Source of the DNA: Nitrospiraceae bacterium
GTDB taxonomy: Bacteria > Nitrospirota > Nitrospiria > Nitrospirales > Nitrospiraceae
Length of the DNA: 64,000 nt
Assembly: GCA_050246315.1 (NCBI GenBank)
Contig: JBFWWG010000006.1
Span: 96,001 to 160,000, forward strand
Direction of reading: 5' to 3'
Shown: positions 19,670 through 30,464 of the stretch, piece after piece
Position numbering within the stretch: the stretch's first letter is position 1
How the letters are laid out: every line of letters starts with the position of its first letter
The notes under the pieces: model-generated
The model's database searches: none
The model's input: the letters and a program-made list of their open reading frames with translations, nothing else
What the model was told of the DNA's origin: nothing
Made by a program: the position numbers and the translations under genes

Positions 19670-21187
19670 ATGGCCGCTTCGTCCTCACCAGCTAATATCC
19701 CGCAGTACGACCCGCAGACCTTGCTCAATTCACACCCGGCCATCGTCTCGGTCATCGACCCCGAGACGCATGGCGTGCTGTTTCAGAATGAGGCGGGACT
19801 CAAGAAGTTCGGAGACATCTCCAGCCACCCCTGTTACGAGAAGTTTCCAGGCCATGCCTCGCCCTGTAGCTTTTGTCGCATGCCAGAAGTCCTGACCACC
19901 GCTGGTCTTGTCTCAAGCGAAGTGGCGCTCCCCAAGAATCAATATCTTCTGATCCACTGGTCCAAGGCCCTCACGACTGACGGACAGGTCCATGTCATTG
20001 AGACCATCACCGATATTTCCGAACACAAACGGATCGAGCACAGCCTGCGCCAGGCTCAGAAGATGGAGGCGATCGGTCGGCTCGCGGGCGGGATTGCCCA
20101 TGACTTCAACAACCTGCTGATGGTCGTGATCGGCCATGCGCAGCGGTTGATCCAGCAGCTCGCCGCACATCCCAGTCGCCATGAGCTCGAGTTCATCAGC
20201 CAAGCGGGCACACGCGCCGCAGCGCTGACGAAGAAGCTGCTCACGTTCAGCCGTCATCAGGTCCTGGAACAGCGCGAACTCCACCCTAACGGCCTGCTGC
20301 GGGAGATGGAAGACATCCTTCGCCGCTTGATCGGCGAGCAGATTCAGATTGTGATCGTGCCGGACCCCAAGACCGGGCACTTCCTCGGAGATCCGGTCCA
20401 GATGGAACAGGTGATTCTAAATCTGGCGTTGAACGCGCGTGACGCGATGCCGGAGGGAGGTGTGCTGACGATCGAAACCGGCAACATGGATTTGAGCCAG
20501 GAGTTCGTCCGTCGGCACCCAGGCTCTAAGGCCGGACCGCACATCAAGTTCGTAGTCGAGGACACGGGCTGCGGCATCGACGCCGACACCCTCACCCATA
20601 TCTTTGAACCCTTCTTCAGCACCAAGGAATTCGGCAAAGGCACCGGGCTGGGCTTGGCAACGGTCTACGGCATCGTGAAACAGAGCGGCGGCTACATCGA
20701 CGTCGTGAGCCAGCCCGGCCGGGGCGCCCGTTTCACCGTGTTACTCCCGCGTATCGTAAAAGCCGAACAGGAAGAGGAGCCGACACGGGACGGGGCGGCC
20801 AAGCCCATCCACCGTGGAACGGTCCTCCTCGTCGAGGACGATGAAGGCATTCGCCACCTGATGGGGGCGGTCTTGCGCGATGACGGATATGAGGTGCTCG
20901 AAGCAGGCGACGGCAATGACGCCCTCAAGCTGCTGCAACTTCGCAGGGGTGACTGCGATCTCCTCATCACCGATGTCGTGATGCCCCGCATGAAGGGCGC
21001 CGTCCTGGTCGAGGGAGTCCGCGCGATGATTCCGTCCATCAAGGTGATGTATATCTCAGGCTATGCGGGCGATACCCTGTCGGCGAATGGGGTCAGTGAT
21101 CAAGCCGCATTCCTGCAGAAGCCGTTTCTCCCCTCCGCTCTCACGGCAAAGGTCGGCGAACTGCTCGCTTCCTCCCCAAGGCGATAG
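19670..21187 (+). CDS. Hybrid sensor histidine kinase (PAS-like, HisKA, HATPase, REC)
   Basis: GIAHDFNN, NARDAM, DTGCG, FFSTK..GKGTGLGL, LLVEDD...TDVVMP...KP; Cys-rich N-terminal sensor. Confidence 0.93.
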   Translation: MAASSSPANIPQYDPQTLLNSHPAIVSVIDPETHGVLFQNEAGLKKFGDISSHPCYEKFPGHASPCSFCRMPEVLTTAGLVSSEVALPKNQYLLIHWSKALTTDGQVHVIETITDISEHKRIEHSLRQAQKMEAIGRLAGGIAHDFNNLLMVVIGHAQRLIQQLAAHPSRHELEFISQAGTRAAALTKKLLTFSRHQVLEQRELHPNGLLREMEDILRRLIGEQIQIVIVPDPKTGHFLGDPVQMEQVILNLALNARDAMPEGGVLTIETGNMDLSQEFVRRHPGSKAGPHIKFVVEDTGCGIDADTLTHIFEPFFSTKEFGKGTGLGLATVYGIVKQSGGYIDVVSQPGRGARFTVLLPRIVKAEQEEEPTRDGAAKPIHRGTVLLVEDDEGIRHLMGAVLRDDGYEVLEAGDGNDALKLLQLRRGDCDLLITDVVMPRMKGAVLVEGVRAMIPSIKVMYISGYAGDTLSANGVSDQAAFLQKPFLPSALTAKVGELLASSPRR

Positions 21188-21294
21188 ACCGGTAATCCGA
21201 CCTCGCCGACCTCGAAACCCTCGCTGGCCCACGTTCCACTCTCAGGCCAGAGCTATCCCCCTTAAAGTCAGATCATGGGAATAATTTGGTTAGA

Positions 21295-21576
21295 TCAGGC
21301 CGTCTCGACGGAACCGGCGGCGGACCGGAGGTCCAGAACGGATCGCCGGAAATGTTCGTAACAATCCGATATGACTACCTGGTCGTCGCAGAGACGCAGG
21401 ATGCCGTTGGTACGGCCGGCCAGCAATGCCCACTTCGCCGCATAGGCCGCGATTTGATCCGGAGTCAGCCCGTGTCGGCCGAACAATGTGACGGCCGATT
21501 CGGAAAGCTTGACCGTCATGGTGGAGCAGGACGCCTCGTAGCCGATCACGAATGCATGGCGGAAGCCGAGCAACAC
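21295..21576 (-). CDS. Hypothetical protein, start uncertain (possible frameshift upstream)
   Basis: Protein-like composition only. Confidence 0.35.
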   Translation of the reverse strand: MLLGFRHAFVIGYEASCSTMTVKLSESAVTLFGRHGLTPDQIAAYAAKWALLAGRTNGILRLCDDQVVISDCYEHFRRSVLDLRSAAGSVETA

Positions 21577-22337
21577 CAGGACGCCGTTCGTCGCGACGAC
21601 CCCATGTGATCAGCATTGGAAGCAAGCAACCGGTTGAAACGCTGATCGTTCATCGCGGACAGCCGAATCCCATCGCATGGGGCGGAGGCAGGTGCGTCTC
21701 GGACAGATCGGCGGTCGGTCGGCTGTACAATCCGCTCGACTCAGGGCCCCATCCTGTGGACGATCTGGAGCAACCTGGTTACCTGATTTGATCATTGATC
21801 GGCACTCGAACATCGAGTCGTTCGTCGTACTTCTTCAGTCCTTCCGGGATAGCTCGGCGACACCCCAACGAAGACTCACCCCACATGATTCATGAGCTCC
21901 TGACGTTTCACCGGTTGCATTTGAAGAGCACCGAGTCACCTGGCGATGGACGGAGAAATGATCGTGAATCACGCCAGTTAGAACTCCGTCTCCCTTTCCT
22001 GCACCGGTCGTTCCTCCTCTGTCATGTCCGTGGTCCACCCGCAAACGCTTCCGCAATCGGCGTACCAAGCCAGATTGCAGAACATTCTGTGATGGGGCGC
22101 TGATTCCCGGCTCGTGATCGTATCGAGATGGATACAGACCTGTATCCTTTTGGTTGGACGCCGTCCGGTCGAGCCCCATGGAAGATCCGATCAACCGGAC
22201 CAAAGATGGCGGTCACAATTTGAATGAGATTCGTGATTGACATGCGAACCCAGATCCGTCAAAGAGTACACAGGACAGCCTCTGGGATATGAGTACGGAC
22301 GGCTCATCCTCAATGATCGCTCACCCGGATGTGGAGC

Positions 22338-22571
22338 ATGGCCGAGGAGCAACAGAATCCGAACTCGCCGAGGCTTGACGGACCCGTCGGAGAATCCTCC
22401 TCTCAGCAGGGAGCCCTGCTGCATCTATTGGAAGAGCTTCGGATCGAACTCGACCGCATCTTGGCGAGCCTCCCGACATCGTCCGACGCTGAGCATAGCG
22501 CTTCCGCGGACTCGACGAGATACGAGGAAGAGCGGTCCCATAGTGAGCAGGCAAACCGCCCGCATCCCTGA
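22338..22571 (+). CDS. Hypothetical protein
   Basis: GGAG before ATG; amphipathic helix LLHLLEELRIELDRIL. Confidence 0.4.
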   Translation: MAEEQQNPNSPRLDGPVGESSSQQGALLHLLEELRIELDRILASLPTSSDAEHSASADSTRYEEERSHSEQANRPHP

Positions 22572-22587
22572 TCTACTAGGTCAACAC

Positions 22588-22956
22588 GTGCAACCAGCGA
22601 TTCCTGTCACCGATTGGCGGTCCGGCCTCTGGTGGGGTTTGGGGGTTCTGCTCGCGGCCGGGTGCTGGACGACCGTGTTAGCCGAGCAACAAGGTGGGAC
22701 TCAAGCAGACCAGGGCAACCGGATCTTTCAGCGATACTGCGCCGGCTGCCACGGCCGAGAAGGCACCGGCGAGGGGTACCGGCTGCTTGGCGCCGACCCC
22801 GCCAATCTGACCTCGCGACGGATCCAAGAGAAGTCGGACGCAGATCTCTTGGATTCCATCCACGAAGGTCTGCCGGCAATGCCGGCTTGGAAGGATCGGC
22901 TCTCGGATGAAGATCGCCAGCGGGTCTTGACCTACATCAGAAGTCTGGTGCGATGA
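22588..22956 (+). CDS. Class I c-type cytochrome (monoheme)
   Basis: Signal peptide, CAGCH, distal MPAW; start uncertain. Confidence 0.88.
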   Translation: MQPAIPVTDWRSGLWWGLGVLLAAGCWTTVLAEQQGGTQADQGNRIFQRYCAGCHGREGTGEGYRLLGADPANLTSRRIQEKSDADLLDSIHEGLPAMPAWKDRLSDEDRQRVLTYIRSLVR

Positions 22957-23014
22957 GCAGACCACCGGCGAAGGCTCACCGACGAAAGCGCGCCCACGAC
23001 GGTGCGGCACGGAA

Positions 23015-24631
23015 ATGATTCGGCTCCAGCGCTGGATCGAGTTGTGCCTGCTGGTTGCGCTTGGGCTACTCTGGCCGACCTCTCCCTCGGAAGCAGAACA
23101 GTTCCTCACCATCCTTCATACCAGCGAGCACCACGGACAGGTGCTGCCCATCGAGCGGATGGGCCAGAAACGGGAAGGCGGCATGGCCGCCCGAGCCAAA
23201 GTGATCGCCGACATTCGGGAAACCACTCCGGCGGTTCTCCTGGTGGATTCGGGTGACCTGCTGATCGGCACACCGATGTCGTCCGTCTTCAGAGGCGAGC
23301 CGGACATCAAGGCCATGAACCTGATGGCATATCACGCGATGGCGGCGGGGAACCACGAGTTCGATTTCGGACTCGATCACCTCCACGCACTGCAAGCGCT
23401 CGCGCGCTTTCCGCTCCTCTGCACGAATCTGGTCGGCAAAGGTGTGGAGTTGCCCTGTCGAGCCGCCGTGGTCGTTCCGGTCGGAGACCTTTCCATCGGT
23501 GTGATCAGCCTGCTCGGGCGCCAGAACTTTCCCGACACCTTCAACCGCGAGGTTGTCCGATTACTGGACCTTCGCGATCCCATCGAGACCGCCCGGGCCT
23601 CAGCCCGGACGCTTAAACAGGAAGGAGCCCACCTGGTCCTCGCCGTCACTCATCAAGACGACGAGGAGGATTTGGCCCTGCTGTCTCAGGTTCCGGAGAT
23701 CGACGCGGTGATCGGCGGCCATACACCGGGTTTCGATGGGCTCCGCACGGCCGCCTCGATCAACCCAGTGGCCGAAGCGACTCGTCCCGGTCCCGTCTTC
23801 GTCAAGACCCATCGCCAGGGCCGCACGATCGGACGGCTTGATCTTACCCTTGAACGAGTACCCGGTGAGCAGACGAAGGTCATCGTGGTAAAGGCTCGGG
23901 CCAGGAATCTGCCCATCGGCGACGATGTCCAACCGGACCGGTCCGTGGACCAACTGATTCAGGAGTATGTGCGCAAGATGGATGAACTCGGTGCGACCGT
24001 GGTCGGGCGCTCGTTGGTGAATCTGGATGCCGAGACCGCGACGGTGCGGGCCAAGGAGAGTAATCTGGGAAACTTACTGGCCGATCTGGCGAGAGCCGAG
24101 TTTGGAACTGACCTAGCCCTGGTGAACAGCGGACAAATCCGGGACAGTATCCCGGCCGGTCCGGTCGACCTGACGCGGGTGCTACGGGTGTTGCCTTTCA
24201 GCTCCACGCTCGTGACGCTCTCGATCTCGGGGCAGGAGCTGCGGTCGGCGCTGGAGAACAGCGTCAGCCGGTTGCCCGCCACCAATGGCCGCTTTCTCCA
24301 AGTGTCCGGCCTCACCGTGACCTATGATCTACAGGCACCGGTCGGCACCCGCGTGAAGACTGTGAAGGTTGGCGACAAACCGTTGGACGAAATCCGACAA
24401 TACAGGGTCACGACCGATTCATTCATGGCCGACGGCGGCGACGGTTACACGATGTTGCAACAGGCCCACGACCGAATAGAACGGCAGGTCCCTTTGCGCG
24501 ACCTCTTGCTGCAAGCCCTCAAGGAACGGCCTCTGAAGGCCTCGCTCGACGGCCGGATTCGCTATGCAGGTGCGACAGATGCCGGCGTGCGGTCAGATAA
24601 CCATCCTCCGCCGACCCCACCTTCTCCCTGA
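23015..24631 (+). CDS. Periplasmic 5'-nucleotidase/UDP-sugar hydrolase family
   Basis: Signal peptide, DSGD, GNHEFD, GGHT, N.GQIR, LPF, GGDGY. Confidence 0.9.
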   Translation: MIRLQRWIELCLLVALGLLWPTSPSEAEQFLTILHTSEHHGQVLPIERMGQKREGGMAARAKVIADIRETTPAVLLVDSGDLLIGTPMSSVFRGEPDIKAMNLMAYHAMAAGNHEFDFGLDHLHALQALARFPLLCTNLVGKGVELPCRAAVVVPVGDLSIGVISLLGRQNFPDTFNREVVRLLDLRDPIETARASARTLKQEGAHLVLAVTHQDDEEDLALLSQVPEIDAVIGGHTPGFDGLRTAASINPVAEATRPGPVFVKTHRQGRTIGRLDLTLERVPGEQTKVIVVKARARNLPIGDDVQPDRSVDQLIQEYVRKMDELGATVVGRSLVNLDAETATVRAKESNLGNLLADLARAEFGTDLALVNSGQIRDSIPAGPVDLTRVLRVLPFSSTLVTLSISGQELRSALENSVSRLPATNGRFLQVSGLTVTYDLQAPVGTRVKTVKVGDKPLDEIRQYRVTTDSFMADGGDGYTMLQQAHDRIERQVPLRDLLLQALKERPLKASLDGRIRYAGATDAGVRSDNHPPPTPPSP

Positions 24632-25125
24632 ATGACACCGAACTCCGTCACCGCTTTTCCCTCTCACCTGCTCACCGTTCATGGCAGCGATCACCAGGCT
24701 GCTCCATCCACCTGGGCGGATAGGGATGCGTCCTACAGCCGCGGCCCTTCCCCTTGTATCACGCAAATGGTTGTTTCGCTCACGTGCCCGTCGATCCGCC
24801 GGACCGCCCTGCCGGCACAGCATAAGCCATGAATCCCGTGATGTCAGGGCAGGCGCATGGGGCAACCAACTATCAAAAAGGTTCCCCCGCCACCGCATGG
24901 CGGTAAGCAGTGCGAGTGCCTTGAATCATTGCTGGACCGCTCGGGAAGGCGACACCAACCCTCCGCAATGCTGAGGTCGGCCCTCCGAACATTCAATTCG
25001 ACGGGTGGCGGGAAAGGCCCTATATTTCAACGGATGGATCTCGCCCTGCGGGCGGGACGTCATCCGACTAGCCGCTCGGGAATTCTCCTGGCCGTTCGGT
25101 AGCCATGATCAGAGGAGGATATTCC

Positions 25126-25329
25126 ATGATTCCGAAGAACCACACTGGCCATGTCTCTTCATTCCTTCTGGACCTGATCATGTCGGGCTTGATGTCGTCC
25201 ATTATTTCCGTTGTGAACATGGGGCTGATCAACGGCATTATCGTCATCTGGCTCAAGGCCTGGGCGCAGGCGCTTATCATCGCCTTTCCGACATTAACTG
25301 TAATCACGCCTGCGGTTCGCATGTCGTAG
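25126..25329 (+). CDS. DUF2798-like small membrane protein (possibly truncated)
   Basis: IMSGLMS...WLKAW...AFP pattern; GAGGAGG RBS. Confidence 0.65.
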   Translation: MIPKNHTGHVSSFLLDLIMSGLMSSIISVVNMGLINGIIVIWLKAWAQALIIAFPTLTVITPAVRMS

Positions 25330-25452
25330 GCCATGTCAAAAAAAGGGAATGACGAACAGGCAACGCAGCAGGCGCTGCCACTCCATGGCGCGTCGATCGT
25401 TGCGGCCGAGCCCGCTCCACAGCCGCACCTGGAGCACTGATAGGGAGGCATT

Positions 25453-25965
25453 GTGATGAGTCTTGAACAGGGTTACATTGGCGGCGCGGTGTTCGTGGGA
25501 ATGGGGGCCGCCTTGATCATGGATCTCTGGAACCTCTTGTTGAAACGTGTCTTTAACATTGCTTCGCTGAACTATTGTTTCGTCGGGCGTTGGTTGAGCC
25601 ATATGCTTCTCGGCACCTTCACGCATGCTCGAATTGCAGCAGCCCCGAAGCGACCGGCAGAATGTGTGATCGGCTGGGCCGCACACTTTCTTATCGGCGT
25701 GGCCTTTGCGTTAGTACTGATCATTTCAACATCGGGTGGCTGGTTGGAACATCCGTCCCTCTTCCCAGCCTTGATTGTCGGTGTCGGGACCGTGCTCATC
25801 CCATTCTTCATTGTGCAACCGGCCTTGGGGTTTGGCATCGCTTCAGCCAACACGCCACATCCAACCCAAGCCAGACTGAAAAGCTTGATGACCCATACAG
25901 CGTTCGGTTTCGGGCTTTACCTCTCTGCGATTCTCCGGATTTACTTGATGCACGCCTATGCCTAG
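25453..25965 (+). CDS. DUF2938-like membrane protein
   Basis: G.GA...MDLW, VGRW, GWAAH..IG, QPALGFGIAS, H..FG.GLY. Confidence 0.85.
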   Translation: MMSLEQGYIGGAVFVGMGAALIMDLWNLLLKRVFNIASLNYCFVGRWLSHMLLGTFTHARIAAAPKRPAECVIGWAAHFLIGVAFALVLIISTSGGWLEHPSLFPALIVGVGTVLIPFFIVQPALGFGIASANTPHPTQARLKSLMTHTAFGFGLYLSAILRIYLMHAYA

Positions 25966-26004
25966 CGATCAGCAGCAGCCGGACAGCACATTGAGACAAT
26001 ACCG

Positions 26005-26883
26005 ATGGAGATCTATCAGTTGAGAACGTTTGTCGCTGTCGCCCGAGAGGGCAGCATCACGCGTGCCTCGGAGATCCTTTCTCTCAGCCAGCCGGCTGTG
26101 AGCGCGCATATCAAGACCATGAAAGATAATCTCACGCTGGTGTTGTTCGAACACACGTCTCGGGGCATGAGCCTGACCGTCCAGGGGAAGAAGGTATTGG
26201 CCAAGGCGGAGCAGGTATTGGCCGTGCACCGAGATCTCCTTGAGGAGGCAGGGTGGATCAAGAGTCGAGTGAGTGGGGCATTCCGTTTGGGGTCGAACCG
26301 CAGTACCAATGCGCAGGTAATGGGTAAGTTGTTGACCAGGCTTTCCGAAACATGTCCGGACATCGAGATGGCGCTGTAATTCGGCAGCTCCGTAGAGATC
26401 CAGCGCGCCATCCGCAGTGGCACACTGGATGCTGGTTTCTACACCGACGACGGCCATGCCGATGTGGAACTGGAGACCATAGAGGTGGATCGGTTTGGCA
26501 TCCTCCTGGCCGCCCCGCGTGGGTGGATCGAGAATCCGATGTGCCCCGGCTGGCAGAACCTGGCGCGCCTGCCATGGATCTGCGCGGCGTCGAGCACATG
26601 CTGCGGGCGCGCGGCGGAAGGTGTGTTCGAGCGGAACGGCTTCCGTCCGGAAAAGCTCGTCAGCGTCGATCAGGAAAGTGTGACGTGAACGATGATTTCC
26701 GAGGAAGTCGGCGTCGGCCTATTGCATGCGGATACGGCTTGGGAGGCGGAGAGGAAGGGCGAGATGGAGTTGCTCGGCGGCGCACAACAAGAGGTACGCT
26801 TGCTCTTCTCCTACCAATGCCGGCGCGCGCACGACCCACTGATCGAGGCCGTGTCGGCCGCAGTGCGAGGGATTCTTGTATAG
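26005..26883 (+). pseudogene. LysR-family regulator with two in-frame stops
   Basis: QLRTF.AVA..GSITRAS..L.LSQPAVS HTH; same frame continues past TAA 26377 and TGA 26686. Confidence 0.88.
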
Positions 26884-27217
26884 TGACCCGAGCACGAGCT
26901 AGCCTCGAATCGCTACGAGATTGGACGACGGCGCGCAGACGGCCCTTCTCGAACCGACTACTCACCCGTCGCTCTCGGACACGGTCGAACCAGAAACACC
27001 CGCACGGAAGCGGATTGTTGAGAAAGCCACCCATCTGTCCCGGTCCAGCGGCGATCTCATCCACTGTCGATTCAATCGTGGCGATCGAGATCTCCGTCTT
27101 GCATCCCACGAAGTCTGTTGCCGCAGGTCGATCGGATGAGTTGGCGATCGTGAGCACGGCTTCAGAACTGAAACTGTGCAGTCCTTCTGGTCGCATCCCA
27201 TTGGATAATGCCGCTCG

Positions 27218-28240
27218 TCACGCCGCCTTGGCGGGACACCAGCGCAGGCCGAGCTGCAACAGCTCCTGCAGCAGATCCTCGTAGGTCCAGCCGGCCTTCA
27301 AAGCGGATTCCGCAAAATCCTCATCGCGGGAGATCTGTGGGTTGGGATTGGCTTCGAGCACGTAGACCCTGCCCGATGGATCCATCCTCAGATCGATCCG
27401 GGCATAGCCGCTGAGCCCCAAGACCCGATAGACACGGCGCGCGAGGTGGCGAATCTTCTCTTCCATCCCCTCGGGAAGATTCCGAGCTTCGCCGGATCGG
27501 ATCCCGTACTTGTTCTGGTATGTCCTGCTCCACTTCACCCGCTCGGTAGCGATCCGCCAGGCCTCCTCCGGCATCCGATCCATCACCAACTCCCACACGG
27601 GCAACACGCGGAGATGGCCGTTGCCCATGACCCCGACGTACAGTTCACGTCCTTCGATGTACCGCTCCACCAGGGCACCGGTACGGATGCTCTCGTGGAT
27701 GAAGGCCACACGCTCCTGCAACTTCTCCTCGTCACTCACGATGGAGGCTTGCGAGATCCCCAACGAAGCTTCTTCGGTCACCGACTTCACGATCAACGGA
27801 AAGTCCAGATGCTCGGGGCGTCTGATCGATCGACCCATGGAAAACAGGGCGAAGTCCGGAAAGAGAATGCGATGGAACGACAGCAGTTTCTTGGACAGGC
27901 TCTTGTCCCGCGCCAGCATCAGGCCGCGCGGGTTGCAGCCCGTATACGGCACGCGCAGCAATTCCAGATAGGAGACGACATTCTGATCATACACGGCGAT
28001 GCCGTCGAACTCTTCGAGCAAATTGAACGCGATGTGCGGATGCCACTCCTCCACCGCTGTCCGGATCACACCGAGGTCGCTCTTGACCCCAAGCGGACGG
28101 ACCTCATGGCCCATCCTGCGCAGCGTGGACACGACGTCGTATTCGGTCTTCCACTCGGCCGCAGTCGCATCCTGTCCGTCCAATTCATCCGGCGGAACCA
28201 GATCTTCATGCATCAGCACAAGCACGCGCAGCCTTTTCAT
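27218..28240 (-). CDS. D-Ala-D-Ala ligase-like ATP-grasp protein
   Basis: PYTG, RDK, PLIVK..EEASLGI, ERYIEGRE, GYARID, EANPNP; ATGA overlap with upstream pseudogene. Confidence 0.88.
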   Translation of the reverse strand: MKRLRVLVLMHEDLVPPDELDGQDATAAEWKTEYDVVSTLRRMGHEVRPLGVKSDLGVIRTAVEEWHPHIAFNLLEEFDGIAVYDQNVVSYLELLRVPYTGCNPRGLMLARDKSLSKKLLSFHRILFPDFALFSMGRSIRRPEHLDFPLIVKSVTEEASLGISQASIVSDEEKLQERVAFIHESIRTGALVERYIEGRELYVGVMGNGHLRVLPVWELVMDRMPEEAWRIATERVKWSRTYQNKYGIRSGEARNLPEGMEEKIRHLARRVYRVLGLSGYARIDLRMDPSGRVYVLEANPNPQISRDEDFAESALKAGWTYEDLLQELLQLGLRWCPAKAA

Positions 28241-28601
28241 GCCGCCACCGGACGCCACCCGCAGTGCAGGTCATTCATCGACTGCCGCCTCAACAGCACC
28301 GTGAATCCCAGCTTAAGCTGGTCCAGGGTCATCGCCTCCCGAAGATTCAGCGCCCGGCAACGTTCACTCATGTCCTCGAGGACTTGGTCGATCGTGTACA
28401 GATCCATTCGTCCGAGGGTCAGAAATGAGGACGGAAATGGATTTGCTTCGCGGCCAGGCCGTCATCGAGACGCTGGATCTGTGTACGCCGCAAGCCTCCG
28501 TTGATGGCGTGCCCCCGATCGCATAGCCGCAGATACAAGAGATGTTGTTCAGGCCAATTGGTCCAGGATGACTGCCACCTGGCGGACAGTCGCGAGATCA
28601 T
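28237..28601 (-). pseudogene. Putative zinc-binding metallopeptidase remnant with large internal deletion
   Basis: N-terminal LRLCD...FRPHF*PSDEW joined directly to C-terminal YTIDQVLEDM..RCR.LNLR; family assignment from memory. Confidence 0.65.
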
Positions 28602-28831
28602 GCTCTACGGGGTCTCCGAGATGCTATGCGCTCGCAGGCATGCGCGGCGGCGCCCGATGCAATGGACAAGGCCACTCGCCCTATCGAGGATCATAGCATC
28701 GGCCTGACGGCCGGAGGACCAAATGGTGAATTTTGATCGACGCCTTTGTGCCAGATGGCCATGGAGAAGGCCGCCGCCGACTCCATCAAGAACAAGAAGC
28801 TGAAGGCTCGAACGGAGGGATGATCGAGCGG

Positions 28832-29230
28832 CTACAGCACGTCGGCTTCGGACGAATCATTCTGGAGCTGCGGCTCGGAGAACCGGAAACGGAACGAGAA
28901 CTGATGCGGCAAGGCTTCGAACCGGGCGTCCGCTTCAAACCCATCGGCAGAGCGGCTCTTCCCGTCGGGGTACCATTTGAATCGAAATCGGCCAGAGCCG
29001 CCGTCGTTCGATGAATCCGCGCGATACTGCCCATCCAGATCGAAGTGTTCTTGCAGGTAGGTGTCTACCCTCGACAGAAGACCTTTGACAGCCGCCATCC
29101 CTGACTCAAGAGCGAATTGTTGCACCAAATCGGCCGCCATGTGGGGATCCTGAAGACGAGAGACATCCTCGGCCCTGGCGTGAGCCGTGAGAACCAAGAG
29201 CAGCAAACCCATCCAGAGCAGCCGTACCAT
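28832..29230 (-). CDS. Secreted hypothetical protein
   Basis: Signal peptide ending ARA; GAGG-like RBS. Confidence 0.65.
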   Translation of the reverse strand: MVRLLWMGLLLLVLTAHARAEDVSRLQDPHMAADLVQQFALESGMAAVKGLLSRVDTYLQEHFDLDGQYRADSSNDGGSGRFRFKWYPDGKSRSADGFEADARFEALPHQFSFRFRFSEPQLQNDSSEADVL

Positions 29231-29469
29231 CGAGGTCACTCTAACGCTCTTCAGGACCTCGGTCAAGCAACCAGGACGCGCCCAACAGCCGATCAGGCAG
29301 GCCACCGATTCCCGCTGGTCGACATTCATCGGTCGTTGGGGATGAATTCCATTAATCGGGCTCCTAGGCAAAGACCTACTAGCGTTCCTCTCGCAATTCA
29401 AGCCTGAACGCAGGCGCACAAGACCAGGCCCTTGGATGATGACGGGGCGTCTTTGCAACCGACCGCTAC

Positions 29470-30075
29470 CATTGGCTTGCGGAGCCGGCTCTATGCATTC
29501 GATACAATTCACGATGATCCCCGGCTGATCGTCGATGTCCTGCGCGATCCCGCTGGCCACTTGGCGGAGCATCGCCTAGCGTTTGGCGAACCGAAGCTTC
29601 CTCAGGTCGCTGGTCACATCAGCGGCTTCCTCTTATACGTGACGAGTCAGGTCCGCATTCAACCCTTCCAGCTCCGTGCAAGAGTTCTTTAGACGATCGG
29701 TCATTCGATTCACTGCCGCCGCCAACTCCTGAAATTCGTCGCCGGTGGCAATACCGAGCGGTCGGTCATAGGAGCCCTGGCTAATGGCTTCCACGCCAGG
29801 CTGCAAGGTCTGGATAGGCCTGGCGATTCGGGCTGCGACGTAGCGCCCCATCAACCACAGCAAGCCCAGCATCACCAACCCAATCACTGCCTGGTTGCTG
29901 ACCTGCTCGCGAATCGGCGGATCGCTCTCGCTCGGCTGTTACTGGACAAGCGCGTGCCAGGTGTTATCGGGCACTTTCAATCCGCCGACCAGCGCAAAAC
30001 CCATCACCGTTTCCTGCACGCCAGGCCCGTCGTCCTCCGCCCCGGCTCAGCCAGGATCCGGCGACACGATCATGG
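29470..30075 (-). pseudogene. Decayed Cache-HAMP-HisKA sensor kinase
   Basis: IARPI..L..GVEAI...DEF.ELA.AVNRM HAMP; QVASGIAQDI (H-box His replaced); several in-frame stops; no HATPase. Confidence 0.75.
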
Positions 30076-30464
30076 CCATGAGTTGGCTGGGAATCCGATG
30101 CGCCTGGCGAGGCAGGATACGGGATCGCGAGCGAGAAGCCGGTACACGATGAGAACCAGAGACAACGACAGCAGGATGCAGATCAGCAGCCCGTCGATCA
30201 GGATCAAGGCGATTCGCTGCCTCCCCGCGATGGAAGCCAAGCGGCCAATCGAAGCACGGTGTGACGTGGCCGCTGAGGCCGTACAGAAAATGGCACCCAT
30301 GTCGAGCACAGTGGACGACATCGCAGCGGTCCGGACCGCTGCGGATTTCGACAGCGGCAGGAGGAGGATCAACCAGGTAGGAAAAGCATAGGTCGCGACA
30401 GCCCTTCGACCACGTGCATCCGCTGAGGCTGATACAGACGGCGATCGTATCCGCGGAGATAGTC

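Noticed and set aside
30070..30420. Membrane-protein gene cut by IS5
   Set aside because: A hydrophobic stretch is present but I could not assign a family or start.
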